From Vicugna vicugna (taxonomy: Eukaryota): a DNA stretch of 64,000 bases. The notes beneath the pieces are model-generated. The model had not been told where the DNA came from. It saw only the letters and a program-made list of their open reading frames with translations, and did no database searches. Of the stretch, positions 61,892-64,000 are shown piece by piece; the stretch's first letter is position 1, and the number at the start of each line of letters is the position of its first letter. A program made the translations under genes and the position numbers. The stretch lies in NCBI GenBank assembly GCA_013265495.1, contig MU057781.1:1426001-1490000 (forward strand), written 5' to 3'.

Positions 61892-63135
61892 CCAGCACCA
61901 AGTCACTGGACCGTCTCGGGGCACGTGTGAAATCCTGGAGGGGTGTCCAACCAAGAGCTGGAGCAAGGAGCCCACTGTGCCCGGGAGCCAAGCAGGGCTG
62001 AGGCTGAGGGCACCATGTGCTCTGACAGGGTGGGGAGACCTGCTCAGGGTCGGGGGCAGCAACTGGACCCTCGGCCACGTCTCCAGGGGGCTGAGAAAAA
62101 TCTGAGGATGTCCCAGGCCTGAAGACTTCAAGGGCCCAAGCCCTTGCTGCCATGTGACCCTCATTCACCCAAGACAAGCAGGGCTGGGTGGTCTGTGGCC
62201 ACACAGACCCAAGGAGGGACAGTGCTTTCAGGTTCCTGCCAGTGAGAAAGCACTTGGATGGTGAGCTGGAGCCCAGGGGGCAGCAGCCACACCCTCTGCA
62301 CCCCCATGCCTACAGGACTCTGAAGGGCACTTCACCCGCCCACGATGGCCGAAGGGCTGGCTCAGGCAGCAAGCTGAAGCTGGGACCCAGGTTCCTGGTG
62401 GTGAGCAAGCTTGGGGGTCTCTCCAGGGGGGCTCCCCAGTGTCCCCAGGGAGGGTGCTTTGGTGAGGAACATTTCCGTGGTCCTGCCTCTCCCCAGAGAG
62501 TTCCCCAAACCAGTCTTGCTCTTCCTCCACTGGCTGTGGGGTTAGGAGGGCGCTGGTGCTGACCTGCGGGGAGACAGGGGAGGCCCATGCAGGTGGTGCT
62601 CCTGAGTCTGTTAGGTGTGTTGGGGGAGGGGCTGTGGTCAGACACCCACCCCAGATCTGGGGTTGCAGAAGAGCGAGTCCTGAGTCCTTTGGCCTTGGGA
62701 TTTGGTTGCGTGCCTTTTGTCCCCATGGCAGTCTCAGGAGACAGCCAAGGAAAACCAGGCCCCCTGACTCAGGGATGCTGGGGCCACAAGGGCAGCCTCG
62801 CTTCAAATCCTCCTTCAAGATTCCTGACCAGTTAGTTCTGGCTTTGTAAGCACTTGGATGGTGAGCTGGAGCCCAGGGCAGGCACCGGGCAGGGGGCGGT
62901 CTTCAGGCCTGGGACATCCTCAGATTTTTCTCAGCCCCCTGGAGACGTGGCCGAGGGTCCAGTTGCTGCCCCCGACCCTGAGCAGGTCTCCCCACCCTGT
63001 CAGAGCACATGGTGCCCTCAGCCTCAGCCCTGCTTGGCTCCCGGGCACAGTGGGCTCCTTGCTGCCAGCTCTTGGTTGGACACCCCTCCAGGATTTCACA
63101 CGTGCCCCAGAGACGGTCCAGTGACTTGGTGCTGG
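61892..63135. repeat. Inverted duplication: 61892-62126 and 62899-63135, near identical
   Basis: The same peptide (LGHPQIFLSPLETWPRVQLLPPTLSRSPHPVRAHGALSLSPAWLPGTVGSLL) appears in minus ORF 61658-62164 and plus ORF 62858-63124. Comparison by eye finds only two 1-bp indels. Confidence 0.95.
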
Positions 63136-63199
63136 AGAGAGCAGAAGCTCGACCCCAGCTTCCCGGCCGGAGTGCCCTGGAGTCTGGGCCAGGAGAAGC

Positions 63200-63705
63200 G
63201 CCCTTGGGGCCGGGGCTCCACGCCGGACTGACCGCCACACTCGAGTGAGCGCCGCCCTCCAGGATTGCCGGCCTCGCGCCGGAGGCCTCTTTGTCATGCA
63301 CATGAGGGCACCGAGGCTGAGACAGGGTCCCCTTCAACACAGAGTCACCGATGAAGAGCACTTTCTTTCCCAGTCTGCGGGCTTGGCACATGCCTGCTGT
63401 TTCCCAGTGGCCTCGCATTCAAAGAGTCCGGTCCCCCATTCTTTGTCCCCCTAGGTGCCCGGCCGACAGCCCCTGGCAGCTGCTGCGCTTTCAAAGGCTC
63501 TATAGAGCGTCTCTGCAGGTGAGCCCTCATGCCAGGGGCTCCCGTCAAAGGCTCTTTGAGACGTCACCGCCGAGCGGGCTCGGGGCGGGTCGCGCTCACA
63601 GCGCCCGCACAATGGCCTCGCCGCTCAGCGCGACCCCGCGCCCCGCCCGCGCGCGCTTCCGTGGGGAGTCCCGGGTGGAGGCGCCAGGCTTCCCGTCCTG
63701 CGGCC

Positions 63706-63767
<62 letters not shown>

Positions 63768-64000
63768 TCGCCGCACAGCCGCTGCGGCCTCCCCCGCTCC
63801 GCCCTCCTCGTCCTCCGGCCGGCGTCCCCTCCCTCCCCCACCCCGCCTCTCGCCCTCCACTCCTCCCCTTCCCGGCCTCCCGCCGCCCGCCCGGAGTAAC
63901 TGCTCCTTTGAAACCCCAGGCCGGCGTCGCGGCGCCCTGAGCGCTCCCACCCCGCGAGCGGGGCTGCCGTCCGGCCGCTCGGTCTCAGCTTCTTTTCACC
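63200..64000. promoter_or_regulatory. CpG island with a TCF/LEF motif cluster, running off the window end
   Basis: High CpG content. TTCAAAG at 63418-63424 and 63490-63496, CTTTGAA at 63906-63912, near matches at 63544-63550 and 63554-63560. Confidence 0.6.
63707..63763. repeat. 57-nt poly-C homopolymer
   Basis: Uninterrupted C run. Confidence 0.95.

Noticed and set aside
63351-63950. Poly-Pro/poly-Gly ORFs at the window end as a gene, or as the 3' end of CALY
   Set aside because: They are translations of the poly-C run. No CALY-like peptide or polyA signal is seen, although CALY is expected further right by synteny.

Overview
GC-rich mammalian genomic DNA, most likely from a camelid (inferred from three tRNA-Ala-derived Vic-1-type SINEs). 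It comes from a draft assembly with two N gaps. Gene order matches the ADAM8-TUBGCP2-ZNF511-Msx3 block (human 10q26.3, mouse distal chr7). From left to right: (1) a multiply disrupted SPEF1-like (Spef1l) pseudogene on the minus strand that still carries tandem RFX X-boxes; (2) ADAM8 (minus, 24 coding exons), whose penultimate exon is 1 nt short so the conserved C-terminus is out of frame; (3) intact TUBGCP2 (minus, 17 coding exons, 906 aa) sharing a bidirectional CpG promoter with intact ZNF511 (plus, 6 exons, 260 aa); (4) an L1/SINE/LTR block at about 38-46 kb; (5) MSX3 (minus, 2 exons), a gene lost in human, with a C-terminal frameshift, several substitutions at normally invariant Msx homeodomain positions and a stop-free in-frame intron; (6) upstream of MSX3, an ERV solo LTR with a 4-bp TSD, a near-perfect 235-bp inverted duplication, and a terminal CpG island dense in TCF/LEF sites (candidate Wnt-responsive enhancer). 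All exon boundaries were read by hand. Homology calls rest on recalled family sequences, not on a database search. The single-base lesions could be assembly errors.
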